NCBI RefSeq assembly: GCF_018350175.1
Contig: NC_058372.1
Span: forward strand, 30,442,001-30,506,000
DNA: 64,000 nt
Source: Felis catus
Taxonomy: Eukaryota
Direction of reading: 5' to 3'
A program made the position numbers and the translations under genes. Below, in pieces: positions 34,301 to 49,129 of this stretch. The notes beneath the pieces were generated by a model, which was given only the letters and a program-made list of their open reading frames with translations, ran no database searches and was not told the origin of the DNA. Positions within the stretch are counted from its first letter, which is position 1, and each line of letters starts with the position of its first letter.

Positions 34301-37300
34301 GCCTCATCCCACCTCGGCAATACCCCTCAACAGAGACCATCGACCTATCCCTCCCTGTAGAAGGCCAAGGCACTCCCAATTTGCTCACCGAGGGCCCCAT
34401 CAGCCCCAGGCTCAAAGATGTTGCTTGATCCACTGAGGCGCTGTATGAAAGCAGCAATACTTTCACTACTGCCAGCCCGAGCCCCCAGGGAGCCCAGCAG
34501 GGAGTTCAGCACGCCCTGCACCACGGAGGTAAAAAACTCCGGTGAAAGGCTCTCAAGACCCAGGCCTCCAGGACTTCCTGCACCACCAGAAGGGGACCCT
34601 GGTGGGGGCATGGTCTGCTGCTCTGGGGCCGGGGGTGGGGGTGGGGGTGGCGGTGGGGGCGGAGGGGCCGTCTGCGTCGCCTGGCAAAGAGAAGGAACAA
34701 ACAACAGAACACAAGGTGAGCACGGAGACAAGGATGTAAAACGACACCAGAAAGGCACAAACCAAGAGGGCCGTGGAAGATGGAGAGCTGTAATCTGCTC
34801 TTTACTCCCCAAAGCACAATGCGCACACATAGTTACACAGCGGCAGGATGGGGCAGAGCACCGACCCTCTCTCCCTCTCGATGGGGTAGGTTACAAAGCA
34901 GCAACACCAATTACTTCACTTTCACAGCCTCAATTTCCTCATCTCCAAATCGGGGCAGGGGTGGGTGGGAATCCAAGTCCACAAATTCCCAAGGCTCCCT
35001 CCCACCAACATGCCACCAGAGACTGTAGCCCAGCAGCAATACCACAGCAACAAGGCACCAGCGCCTGGCCGAGCCAAGGGAAAGGAAGGGTGAGGTGATG
35101 AGCAAGCTAGGCACTTACCTGAAGAAAGTCGGTCATGCCCTGGAGAAAGGCAGGGACACCAGGCATCGCCACGGTGATGGTGGGAGAAGCCATGCCAGGC
35201 CCTCCGGCCCCTGGCCCCGCAGGACCCAGCAGGTTCCCTAGGAGCTGTGAGAACTGAAGATCGGCCGCTGAGGGTTGAGGGGGTGGAGGCTGGGCGGGCC
35301 CCCCAGGGGCAGGACCAGCTGTGGTTGCTGTGTTGGTGGTGCCTGCACTGGCTGAAGCAGTGGCAGGGGCTGGAGGTGGTGCCATTCCTGGGGTCCCCTG
35401 AGCTACAGAGGCCAAAAGAAAAAAAGATGAAATCCAGAGAAACGAGACCCCACAGCATTTCCATTCTGATCTTCCCAGCAGGAAAGCAAGAACGAAGGAC
35501 CTATGAAGAGAACTGGGAAGCACCAGTAAGGAGATTAAGGAGCATCAGCAGGGCCGTGGGAGTGACTACAGCTGGAGACAAGGAAGAACGAGGACTCACC
35601 CACAAGAACGGGCTGCATAAGAAGCTGCCCCACGAGGCCGCTCACCATCTGGGCCAAAGAGGCATTGGTACCTAGTCCAGCACCCTGCTGAAGGGAGTAC
35701 AAAGGGGGCTTTCAGTCCTGCCCTTTTCATTCCCCACCACAGGATTCTCTCCCCGAACTTCCCCACCAGAACCCCTCCACCCTTACTCACTAGAGTACCC
35801 GAGATTGGGGGCCCCCCAGGATGGGAAGGCCGAGCCTGTGGAGGGGTGGGCCGAGCAATCACCACCCGGGTCGGAGCTGTCGGGAAACCCGGCACCTGCT
35901 GTCCTGTGGGTGGCAGAGGGGAGAGACCAGAGAGGGCTGAAGGCTGGGCCCCTGACTGCCAGCCAACGGCACCCACCACCGTGGACCGTGCCCCNNNNNN
36001 NNNNNNNNNNNNNNNNNNNNNNNNNNNNNNNNNNNNNNNNNNNNNNNNNNNNNNNNNNNNNNNNNNNNNNNNNNNNNNNNNNNNNNNNNNNNNNNNNNNN
36101 NNNNNNNNNNNNNNNNNNNNNNNNNNNNNNNNNNNNNNNNNNNNNNNNNNNNNNNNNNNNNNNNNNNNNNNNNNNNNNNNNNCCCATTCGGCCCTACCCC
36201 TTCTCTACCCAGAGCTCTGCCTGCTCTGATGCCCTCACTCTTACCCAGGGTTTGGCCATGACCAGGGGGTCCTAGGGGGCCAGTGGGAGCACTCGGAACT
36301 CCACCGGGCTGTGTGCCAGAATCTGGGCAAGGAGACAGAGAGAGTAGCCCTGAGACAGGCGGGGCCAAAGCCTAACTATATCCTCCTGAGACTGGCATCC
36401 TTCAGACCGCTACTCCCCCCACCAAAAAGCCTGCCTCTCCCTCCATCTAGACAGGAAGGCGGCACTCCCTTCACCATGCAAACAAAACTGCAAGGACAAG
36501 CAGTCACTCCTGCCCCTCCCCACGCATGCCAACTAAAAGTTTCTAGTCTGGTTAACCCTGCTACCTCCATCAGCCCTGACTTCTCCCTTCCCCACCCTCC
36601 CTCTCTCACACCTCGCTACAGACCCCCCTCCCAAGCCACGTTGCTCTTCTCTACCAACAACCAATCCTGACTCACCTTGGATGTTCATGTGCATCATGAC
36701 TACAGGTTCCACGCTCTGGTGGGAAATCCGGATGACCCTCGGGTGGCTGGTGGTCGGGGGGGGAGCAGGCCCTGGTGGGGGAACACCCTCAGTTGAGGAC
36801 TCGACAGTGGTAGAAGTGGGAGCCAGGGATGAGGCCTGCCCAGGACCAGGGGGAGCTGCCTCCGCATTAGAAGTCGGGGGGGGCCGAGTCCCATTCCCCG
36901 TCATGGTCACGGTGGTTCCCACGTTGATCTGGAGGAGACAGATGAATGACACAGAAGTGAGTAAAATAAGAGCCTAACCCACGGCACTCCGTGATATACT
37001 TCCGAAGTCTCCCCCATTCTCCGTCACTACGTATTTCTAAAGTCCCTACCTCTTCTCACTACTGTCAGACCCGGTAGCTACCCTGGGTCATGCCACCACC
37101 AGCCATGCGGTCTCCCTCACACCAGGCTCCTCCCCTCCGACCCACCTGGATGGGAATGGCTGCCTGCTGGAGCACCATGGGGGTGGTATAGTGAGACATG
37201 GGCCGGACCACATGCAGGTGTCGTGGGGGCGCACAGGCCAGGTTGCAGCGCAGGTCAGACAGCGCCACAAAAGTGTTGCCCAGCAGCCGTAGGCTCTCCC

Positions 37301-40300
37301 CCACCAAGTTGATCAAGCGCTGGTCCTCTTCGCGGCCCTCTTGCTATATCCCCAGGGTCAAGCACAGAAAGGCCAAAAATATTAGGCTGGGATGAACATC
37401 AATAACAAAAGCAGTAACACCTTTGAATGACACCACGTTCTCTACACCCCCAGGCATAGCCTCGGAAGCTTCCAAGTAGACCCAACCTCTATAAATAAAT
37501 TCTACTTCGTGCACACGGAAAGTTTCCTATTACAACAAACCCTACAGCAAATCAGTACAGCATCATCTGTTAAATTTCCTTACTCTGCCTAAGTTTCCTA
37601 ATTAACCCAAGGTATGAAAAGGTACAAAGACAGTAGGTATCACAGAGATGATGACCCTCCCTATAAACAAGGAAAACATCACTTACAAGTCTACAGAGGA
37701 ATCATCCTGTTGCAGACAATGTCTTTTTCTGGGGAAAGGATTAGCTGTATTTCAGCCTATTCCATTTGGGACAAATGGGGGTGAGGGGGTAGGCGGGGCT
37801 CACGTTGTTGTTGTAGTCCGTGGTGGCGGCAGCGCCCAGAACCTCATAGTAGCGCTGCAGGAAGGGCTGGAGGCGGCTCTCAAGCCGCTGTAGCTCCTGG
37901 AGCACTTCAACATACTCCGCAGGGGAAGGATGGCTGTGGGCAACCCCGAGAGGCAGTGAGCCAAGGCTCTCCTCAGACCCCCAACCTCAAAGTTGACACA
38001 GACTACACCTGCCCTGTCTGTCCGCAGCCTCCCCGACCCCTGGCCCAATCCCCTCTGGAACGAGCAGAGCATCTGTGCTTTACCTGTACCCACGGGAAGA
38101 CAAGAGAAAATACACTGCTTCTCCCTTTCCCACCACATGATTCTATACCTGTGATGACAAGAAACTAACTCTGAAGGAAGAGGCGTGGCCTGTGAGAACT
38201 CAAGAGAGAGAATCTTAATCAGGCTCAGGAAACACCATCTGGACTTTCTTGCCCCAGGGACAGCAGTGCTTCTGGCTCAGATGCCAACTCTAACCTCATC
38301 AGCCGGTCCAGAGCCTCTCCCTGTCCCCCCCCCCGCCCCGACACTGGCCCTACAGGAGAGACTGTCAAGCAGCCGTCTTCTCCCATCATACCCTTCTTGG
38401 CTCTCACACTTCACTTGGGATCCCCAAACCCCCTCCCAAAGGGTCCCTCTGTTTCTCACTTGGGTGCATTGGTCTCTGGGGCAGGTGTTGGGCCTGCTGG
38501 AGCTGGGCCGGAAGGGGTGAGCTCCGGGCTCTGGGCTGGGGCACGCTCCTCCACTTCTTCGGCCTCCATGGGCTCCCGAGGAGGCACTTCACTTTCAACT
38601 GGTTCTGATGCTTGAGAACTCAAGGCTACAGACTCCGGGGCCACGGTTGGCGTCTGTGGGGGTGGCTGACTGTGCTGTGCTTGGGGTCCCCCTCGACACT
38701 AAAGGGGAGGGATTCGGGATACCAAAGGCAGGATGAGACTGCTGCAGAGAATTACCCAGGACAAAGGAGACTGAGTGGAGAAGGAGCTCTAGCTGGGCTC
38801 CCTGAAGGCAGGGCTTTGCATTGGCCTCTTTGATTCTCTAGCCACCAACGTAAAACTTAAATAAGATGCACAACAAATAGCTGTTGTACTTGTGAATTAC
38901 TATCAAAATACAAAAAGTATGGTTCACTAAATGCCCACACAAAAAGGAAGACAGGTCACAAGCTACAACCACAACACAAACTAATGGAAATAGTACCAAC
39001 TATAGCAATTTAGAAACTAAAAAAGCACGAACTGCTTCTATAATTGAAAGAAGCAGCCGTGAGAATTATCTGACAAGTTTGAAACAAACTTCCCGGATAC
39101 CAGGCACCCAGAGAATTGGCAGGAACAAGATAGGCTGACAAAGATACTTTTTCCTGCCCCGAAGACTGAAGACTGCAGAGAAGAGACCAGATTAGACAGG
39201 GACAATCCAACTGATATGGCCAGTCATGCCTTCACCACCATGCCTTCACCACCACTGGCCTTCACCACCAGGCCAGTCATGCCTTCACCACCAGAGGGGT
39301 AAGGGAGAATGAAGAGACAGACAGACCCTAGCCAGCCTTGTCCACTGACCTCCATCCGGGAAAGTAAGGTCTGTATATCTCTGATCATGTGCTGAGCCAT
39401 CACCAGCCGTACTCGGGGCTCACTCTACGATAAGAGAGGGAAAATCAGGGTACACCTGAGATGAAGCCATGAACTCTACCACCCACTGAACCAGGTCCCA
39501 GCCATCTCCTTGGCCAGGTTCAACCCCCACCTCATGGCCTCCTTCTCCCAGATCCCCTTCCCTGACCCTCCCAGGCCCGTGATACCTGAATCGGGGCCTG
39601 TTCCATGTTGATGTGAACATCCACAGCAGAGCCGTCACTCTGAGAAAAGGGTAAGGGAAGTTGCTCTGGGAGAAGCCAAATACTAAGGCCCCCACACCTT
39701 CAACTCATTCTCTAGAGCCCCACTCTTTTTCTCAAAGACTGAGGTCATATCAGACCTCAGGGCCCTGGAAACCCAATCTAAAGACCAAGATACCTGTCTT
39801 ATAAGCTCTCTGCCATTACCACAACGAAACCACCCTTCCCACAAAAACCATCCTATGTGGAACACAAGCTTACAGGAAGATTGAAGGTTCCAACCATGAC
39901 ATAGCTGTTGGCATTCCGGTCATGAACAGAGGCCCCAGGCCCCCGAGTACCAGGCGGGGGTCCCCCACCATGGGTGGCTGAGGCAGACCCTATCCCAGAA
40001 GATGCCCCAGAAGGCAGCTGCGTCTGAGGAGGAGCCCGTTCCACCAGGTGAATAACCTTTCCCCCAACATCTGCAGGAAAAAAAAAAAAGATACACACCA
40101 AAGCATTATATGATCAGGTAAGCTCAAGGCCTCAGTTCATCCCTCTAGACAGCTGCCTCAACCTCTAAACTGCCTCCCCCAAACTCTTACTGTATTCCTG
40201 GAGCTTCTTATCATCCTGCAGAACTCGTCCCTGATAGATGAGCCGTTGTTTCTCAGAGGGAATGCTGACAGAGGCAGCGATGTGCTCCTTAAATTCCTTT

Positions 40301-41520
40301 ACATTCATCTGCAAGGTAACAGAAATAAAAAACTATCACCTAATGTAGGAAAGGGAAAGGACGGAAGGCGGACAACTGACTTTTGGGCATGAGGGGTAAA
40401 AATCACCCAATCATAAAATCACTACCCATTTGTCTTGATTGTGAGGTAATTACTGTGCAAAGCCCCAAACTAAGACGTGTTAACACCTGTCAAAACAGAC
40501 AATAAATGTTAACAAAGTTCAGGTTATATGCCCAGAAGAAAATCACATGGCTGGATACAGAAAAGCTAACTGACCTTCACTTCTCTCCCTGGCTCCCAAA
40601 GGAATGTGTGTCTAAAGATACCAATGACCCCTCCCCAAACACAAAATGATACAACTCTGCAATCTCCAAAATAAACGCAATGATAAGGAAGGTGGGGTGG
40701 AAAAATCAAGCCAGAAAACTCAACTAAGTACAAAAAGAGAAAAGAGCAAACACTTTCCTAACTGGACAACATACTCTTGGGATGTACCAGAATGTTTACA
40801 TACATCTAATCACAAAAGTCTACATGGTCTTCTTGTATGTGTTTTAAAAACTACAGACCTCATGATTTTCTCTCCAAGTATTAGAAGAATTAATGGCATA
40901 AACAGCTGTGTCTGTGGCATTACAATCAAGACTCAAATTATGCCACAAATACTAGAAAATCCACTCAATAGCCTATTAGGGCTCTACCTGCACTATGGGC
41001 TCTGATTTCCAGCCTTCAAAAACAGAGTACAGACTTGACCAATTTTTGCTTTTAAGACTTGTGTTTTGGATCTCCATTCTGTTTCCCTTCCCAAAAGCAA
41101 GAGCTAGGTCTGTCCCTTTGGGCTGGGGTTCCCTCATGATGATGGCATAGATTTCCCCCTTCCTCCATATTTCCCTCTGCATGAGTTCTATCACAGTGGA
41201 AAAAGGCAGAATGAAATCTGCCTCATCCATATCTTCCCACTCAACAAGCAACACCAGAAAGTATCCTGTCTAGAACATGAACAAAGGAACCGATGAAAGA
41301 AGATTTGAGGACCCCCCCCCAAAAAAAAACCAGGCTCTTCTCTCAGAATAAGGGGACTACAAGAGGAAGGGTGAATGGGGGTCTTCCAGAAATACTGGGG
41401 TCTCACCTGGGCCCCCACAATAAAGGTCCGAGTCTGAGAGTCCAAGGTCTTCACCAGCACCTCCAGGCTGTCAGGCTCCTCCATACTGGTAGTGGTACTG
41501 GTAGTATCACTGGGCTCCAT
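31396..41520 (-). CDS. BAG6: BAG cochaperone 6 (BAT3/Scythe): N-terminal UBL, C-terminal NLS and BAG-similar domain
   Basis: Exons (minus): 41520-41407, 40308-40191, 40070-39874, 39639-39586, 39424-39350, 38698-38460, 37933-37804, 37343-37146, 36928-36676, 36322-36245, [inferred masked exon in 35995-36182], 35903-35791, 35687-35600, 35402-35119, 34680-34389, 34231-34062, 33872-33819, 33688-33586, 33498-33374, 33202-33056, 32957-32898, 32788-32642, 32564-32457, [inferred masked exon in 31765-31992], 31491-31396. Hallmarks [35 protein letters not shown] caspase site, [25 protein letters not shown]. Confidence 0.96.
39218..39293. repeat. Short tandem repeat, four GCCTTCACCACCA units, in a BAG6 intron
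   Basis: Seen directly. Confidence 0.85.
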
Positions 41521-41849
41521 GGCCGACAGCTCTCTAAGGAAGAATGGAGGGAGGGAGGCCTGCTGTCGCCCAAAGCAGATTTTATACACCCGGAAGCCTT
41601 CCCAGCCTGAGTCTCCGCCCTAATACCTAAAGAGTTTCTCCCACACAAGCACACACACACACACACCCGCCCCCATCCCCCTTCTGATTCCGGGGCACAG
41701 GGAGAGAAACACAAAGGGCAGAAGATCGACGGCACAGAGAGCTGGAAGACGGGGAGATGGGAGGGGCTCCACAGTGCCAATCACAATAAGGGAAGGCCAC
41801 TCAGGCTAGGAAGCAGGAAAGGTAAGAAAAGGAGACCAGTGTCATCATC

Positions 41850-43240
41850 AGTCGCGATACGACAAAGGCCCCAAAGTTCGGCAAACCCTGGGGGACACGC
41901 GATAGCTGGGGGGGGGGGGGGGGTCGCGCCAGACTCCGCGGAGACAGTGGTTTCGCGCACGCGCGCCACGCCCATCGAACCCGCCTAAGTCACGACAGAC
42001 CCGAGATGACGGACACTCACGGGGGGCCAGACTGGCTAGCTGACTGCCCCCCTCTTCCACCTTCCCTCGACGCTCCAGCAGAGCGCCGGAACCAACACAC
42101 ACCAAACACACACCCCCCCCCCACACACACACACCCACACACACTACCACCACCCCGGACTCCGCCCCCCACTTCCCCAAGGTACCGTCACTTCCGGTCT
42201 CCCCCAACTTGCCACCGATGGCCACTTCCGTTTCCCCGATAGTATTTGGGGATCGCAAGGCGGTACTTCCGGCTCCCCCAGGTCCCCAAGATTTACTTTT
42301 GTGGGGCACGATGAGGAAGTTCGCGGCCCCCAACAGTGAGGTCCTTGGGGCGAGACGGGCCGGGGCCGGCCTGGATGGGAGGGAGCCGAGCACCCCGAGG
42401 AGCCGCGGCCACCGTCGCCCGGGGGACCGTACTGCGCCTGCGTGCGTCGCTCTACGCATGCGTACACTCTTAGGCACCGCCCACCCCCGCTGACGCTGTT
42501 CATTTCTTCTGTGCACGCGCTTGAGCTGTGGGAGGTTGAGGTGGCTACTATAAATGCCTGAAAAAAATTACTAGATGAGACTACGCCTCGAGAAGCTTTG
42601 GACAGTTGTATGCAACTTGGAGTTTGGGGACTGGGGATTGCGCCTCATCAATCCATGTTATTAAAGTCGTGGCCGGCAGAGAATTTAAGGCGGCACTGTC
42701 CTGGCCTCCTAAAATTCTGTCGTGTCACTCTGGCCCTCGAGGCTCTACCCCTTCGGCGCCTCCGGAAGTCATCCTTTCCTTAGACGGTTGGAGGTGGTTC
42801 GCGAGTTGGGCGTGCCGTCGCGTCGTTGGGGCTGACCTCGGTTCTGCTCGGTGGGCGTTTGGCGGGCTGTGGGCGCCATGTTCCTCGCCGGCGATGTGCG
42901 GCCAAGGGGACGCGCCATGTTTTGGAGAAACTAGGATTTACTGTTTTTTAGTACTTTCGTCAAAAAGGGGACCTCAGAGTTTGGGAATTAGGAGCAAATG
43001 GACTCAGATTGGACCGAAACACAAGAATCTGACCCTGGGGTTTTGAAGGGGGTGTTGAAGGGCTTCCGCAAGCCCCGGGTCCGCGGGCAGGCGGGACGGT
43101 GTTCGCTAAGCCCTCCAGCCCACCTGCTGCCCTCGGGCCAGGGCCTTGGCTCCCTGGCGCTGCAACTTTCCCAGCCAGGCCGGTTGCTGCCGGTGTGCCT
43201 GCCTGCGTGTCCATAGCCTTTCTGGGATTCGTAGTTTCTA
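41850..43240. promoter_or_regulatory. BAG6 CpG-island promoter (ETS/GABP, NRF1-like and ZNF143 motifs)
   Basis: CpG-rich; ACTTCCGG at ~42190 and ~42266, CCGGAAGT at ~42762, CGCATGCG at ~42455, CTGGGATTCGTAGT at 43222-43235. Confidence 0.75.
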
Positions 43241-43289
43241 CCCAGGTCCCAAGGACCATTTCGGTTAAGAGTTCTAATAAACACCTGTT

Positions 43290-43990
43290 TAGAGAGCCCT
43301 TGGTTTGTGTCAGCCACTTTACTAAGGGTTTTGCGTACTATCCTTAGAAGTCTTACAACACCTAGGATAGTTACTACTTACAATTTATAGATGAATATAC
43401 CTAGGCGAAAGTAAGTGGCAGAACTGACAAATCCAGACCTACCAGACCCCAGGTAGAGCACTTCTACCAATAAGTTGTTGTATTTTACATGTATTTGTTT
43501 TTTATGATAAAAAGTAACAAACATTACCTGTAAATAGTAATAATGAGCCCTCATACACCCATCACCCAAATTTTGTTCTTTTAATTAAATCGCAAGCACA
43601 TAGCACCTCACCTCTCAGAACAAATTTTTTGGCAGTCTGTGGGTTATACATAATCTATTAAGGAAGCCATCTTTCATTGCATTAACTGCTGCACCCACTT
43701 GGCTCTCCTTACTATTATTTGAGAACCTAAAAACCACCAGAAACTGTAGTAAGTGCTTTTACAAGCATTAGTTATAGCGAATATTTACTTTGGACTTAAC
43801 TATGTGCAGGCCTTTGTTAAGGACTTTATGTGCATTGTCTCTTTTAATCCTAGCAGATTGATGATTTGGTCATTTTACAAATAAAAAACAGACATAGAGA
43901 TTCATAAAGTTGTCCAAGATCTAACAAATAGTGGAGTTAGGGTTTGCACCCTCTCTGTCTAACACCAGTACCTATCCTCTAACCGTTAGA
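43290..43990 (-). mobile_element. MIR SINE relics (two fragments, ~43290-43460 and ~43770-43990)
   Basis: ATTTACT...ACTATGTGC...TTTAATCCT...CATTTTACAAATAAAAAACAGAC, MIR-core-like. Boundaries approximate. Confidence 0.5.
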
Positions 43991-44519
43991 TTATGTAGCC
44001 TCTTGTAGTAATAAATGTTGAGCAAATAGACTCACGTCCACGAACTTTCTCAGGGGTGTACATATTGTTTCCCCAATCATAAACTTCAGAGGGAAAGTTT
44101 TCCATCCACCAGGCCCCAGCGCCTATTTCATACCTGTTCTAAAGAACTTACCAGGTTGTATTGCAATGATTTTTGTTTACATAGCTAGTTTTCCTTTTAC
44201 TGCTTCAAGGCCAGGGACTATGTCATTCATTTTTATGTCCCTAGGGCTTAGCTGACAAACAGCTGGGACTCAAAACAGTTTGCTAAGTGAATGAATGAAT
44301 CAGTCCACCTCTCTTCAGTGCTGCACAACACAGCAGAAACCCAGCTCAGATATAAGTTGAAAGGCCATAGGCTTCTACTTAAGAGGGCTCAGCTTTCCTA
44401 ATTCTTGAGAGACCCTTGGACATGTCAGGGTGTATTCTGGAGTACTGGCATCTAGAAGAGGGGGAGGAAGGCCCAAACACTGTAAGTAATCCAGGCTTGG
44501 GTTGGAAAACAAGGTTGAA

Positions 44520-44553
44520 GTTACTCATTAGCAGGTGAAAGGGTCAAGGGTCA
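44520..44553 (+). promoter_or_regulatory. APOM hepatic promoter module: HNF1 site plus DR1 nuclear-receptor element
   Basis: GTTACTCATTAGC 44520-44532 (consensus GTTAATNATTAAC); GGGTCA-A-GGGTCA 44541-44553 containing TCAAGG (LRH-1 type). Fits known HNF1A/HNF4/LRH-1 control of APOM. Confidence 0.75.
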
Positions 44554-44658
44554 AGGCAAGGGGGCTGGAAGCCGAGTGGACTGAGTAACTAGCAGGGGGA
44601 GAGAGCAGTTAAGGCACCAGCCACTTCACGAAGAGCACCAGCTCCCTCCTGCCTGAAG

Positions 44659-46603
<1,945 letters not shown>

Positions 46604-46696
46604 CCTGTGGCTTCATCTGTGCCCCAGATGGTTATGGTGGGAGCTGCAGTTGTGCTGCAGGGAGAAGCTGGAGACTCCCAGCTCCCTTTCAAGAGT

Positions 46697-46702
46697 AATA
46701 AA
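46697..46702 (+). terminator. APOM polyadenylation signal
   Basis: AATAAA ~95 nt after the stop. Confidence 0.8.
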
Positions 46703-47614
46703 GATGGTTTTTCAATCCTCATCTCATTTTGGGTTTGTCTCCAGACACCAATCCCACTACCTCCATTTCAGTACTCCCCCTGGGTCTTCTGCCACCTAAA
46801 CCCCCAGCTGGACGGCGTCAGGAAGGACACTGAGTGGCAGTATGTCTCACTTTGTAGTGATATATTTAGGATTTGGTGTGACACAGTTATTTATTGCTGA
46901 GTGTGCAAACCCCTAACCCCAGAGTGGAGACTGCAAGCTCCAATGCTTCCCCATATTGCCTGTCTGAGCTGCCAGTCCCACTGAACTGGCCTTCCTTCCA
47001 ATACTGCCTGCACCATTCCCACTTCCCCTGGCTCCTGGGAACACCCAGACCCTCCCTGCAGGCTCCCTGTCACCTGGGGTCCCTATCCACACCCCCTAAT
47101 CCACCCACAGAACAGTCTCATTCTCCTCTAGATGGCTCAGATCCCAAGATCTAAGGGGATCCCTTGGGGCTCCAACCACCCTCTAACCCTAGTCAGAGGT
47201 CTGTCTGTCCTGCCTCTGGTCTCCTCCAGCCCTGGGTAGTTTTGAAGGGTAAAGAGGACCCTTTAGTCTTTATTTGTCACCACCACACTTTTTTTTTTCT
47301 TTTAAAAAGTAGAGGTGGAAAGAAAAAAAATGAAAGTGGGGGAAACGTAAAAGCAAAAAGTAACAACAGCTGGTGAATTCAAGGGCAATATCCCCATTGT
47401 CCATAAACAGATACCCTAAACAGCTCTATTCTCCCCTGTGTGTGAAGGGGGGGCCCTGTGCCCTCATACCCTGGGGTTTATTCCCCATCCCTGAGGTCCC
47501 TGTGCTTACAATCTGGGTCATGACCCCCACTCTCCTCCTAAAGGCCACACTATCTTCACCCTTGCTCCCACCCCACTCAGGGTGGGGGCACTACGGTCAC
47601 CCCCTATCCTGCAG

Positions 47615-48508
47615 TCACAGCCCCTTTCCCGGATCTCCCCTCCACTCCTCACCCTCCCTCTCCAACTTCTCACCCTCCAAGTCAGTGGCCTCCTCATCCC
47701 CACTGGGCTCCCGGAGGCTGACAGCCAGCACTAGGGCCTGTAGGAGACCAAAGAGGCAGGCAAAGTGCAGGGGGTGAGCAGTAAGTAGGCTCAACACAGC
47801 ATGGAGCCCATGCAGGGCAGCCAGGAAGCACAGCAGCCCATGCAGCCAGAGGCCCACGGGTCCACGCAGGCCCAACGCGTCCAAAGCTGCCCTCAGAGGC
47901 CTTGAGCACAGCCCCAGCAGTGCTGAGGCCAGCAGCTCCAGCAGGTGCAGAGTCAAGTTGGTTGAGATCTGCAGACACTCCTCTGGGCCCCCCAGGTACT
48001 GCAAGGGAGCCCCTGCTCCCCCATCTGGATCCCCCCGTAGCCAGCCCAGCAGTTTCTGATGCCGCCCTGGCTTCTCCACTGGGGCTTCAGGCCCGGTGGG
48101 GCTCAGTCCCCCTTCAGGGGACACTCCAGATCTCCTGGTGCCACTTGAGTCCACAGGATCCCGTCCAAGTTTGGGAATGGTCCCTCCAGTCTCCAGTCTC
48201 CCAGACTCTTGAGTGTTAGAGATAGTCTTGTCCCACTTGAGGGAATCCATTCTTTTGCTTCCCAGTTGCTCATCTTGGGACTCCCTGCTTGGCTGTGGAG
48301 CAGCCCCACAGCTCCTCCGTACTCCTGGGTCTTTGGCCTTGGGAGGCCCCACATCTCCCATGGTTTCTGGGGCACTATCCCAGTCACTCCCTGAATTCTC
48401 AGAGGAGCTGTCCACTGGTCTGGGTTCTGGGGCAGGCAGGTCAGGTTTCATTGGTTTCCGGCGGCCCCAGGGGCGAGGTAGCCAGCCACCAAGTCGTCGC
48501 AGGAACAT
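47615..48508 (-). CDS. C6orf47: C6orf47 (G4) homolog, uncharacterised, single coding exon, 297 aa, hydrophobic C-terminal segments
   Basis: ORF MFLRRLGGWLPRPWGRRKP...LHGLHAVLSLLTAHPLHFACLFGLLQALVLAVSL; syntenic position between APOM and GPANK1. Confidence 0.93.
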   Translation of the reverse strand: MFLRRLGGWLPRPWGRRKPMKPDLPAPEPRPVDSSSENSGSDWDSAPETMGDVGPPKAKDPGVRRSCGAAPQPSRESQDEQLGSKRMDSLKWDKTISNTQESGRLETGGTIPKLGRDPVDSSGTRRSGVSPEGGLSPTGPEAPVEKPGRHQKLLGWLRGDPDGGAGAPLQYLGGPEECLQISTNLTLHLLELLASALLGLCSRPLRAALDALGLRGPVGLWLHGLLCFLAALHGLHAVLSLLTAHPLHFACLFGLLQALVLAVSLREPSGDEEATDLEGEKLEREGEEWRGDPGKGL

Positions 48509-49129
48509 GGCTGGGATGTGTAATGAGCCCCCAAATTCTGCGGCTGCTTCCCAGCACTGCTTAGATTCTCAGGTTTAGGGGCTGAGTGTCTCCTCAAAAG
48601 CCAGGATCTGTTCAAGCTCAGAAGAACTGTTATCTTTTTGGTGATTCCTACTCTGAAATCAGAAGTGGCTCCACACTTTCCTGAATGGTCGTGCAGCTTC
48701 AAGTGTGACAAGCAGCTTGTTTCCTTTTCAGTTCTGAGGTAAAGAAGGGAGGCACATCCAAATTCATTCACCACCACCACCCCCCCACCACCCCACCACA
48801 CAAGATTCAGAACAAGAATCTCAGGATCTGACAAGGCCTGGGTCACCCCCACGGTGACCTCCCTGCGTTTCCGGGTTTCCTTTCCTGCAGGCAGCACCCC
48901 AAGTTTCACTCACCAAGGCCACGCCCCAAGGTGCCCCAGAAACTGGGGAGGCGGTGCTCCATCCAAGAAGGAAGGAAGGTGGCCCTGGGTTCTCAGCTGC
49001 TCCCAATCTGGAGAGTCCTGAACTGCTGACCTAAGGGAGCTCAAGAATAGGCAGTCTCCTATTGGGGGGTTAGGAGAGAGATGTTGAGCAAATTCCACTC
49101 AGCAGCGTTCTTCCTTTGATTTAGAGACC

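Noticed and set aside
32804-35098. Plus-strand ORFs of 232 and 226 aa
   Set aside because: Antisense shadows of BAG6 exons and short GC-rich introns, with no recognisable domain.
41848-43317. ORFs of 100-222 aa in the BAG6 promoter
   Set aside because: Stop-poor CpG-island sequence with mostly non-ATG starts; the same applies at 14.3-15.5, 49.1-49.7 and 53.1-54.4 kb.
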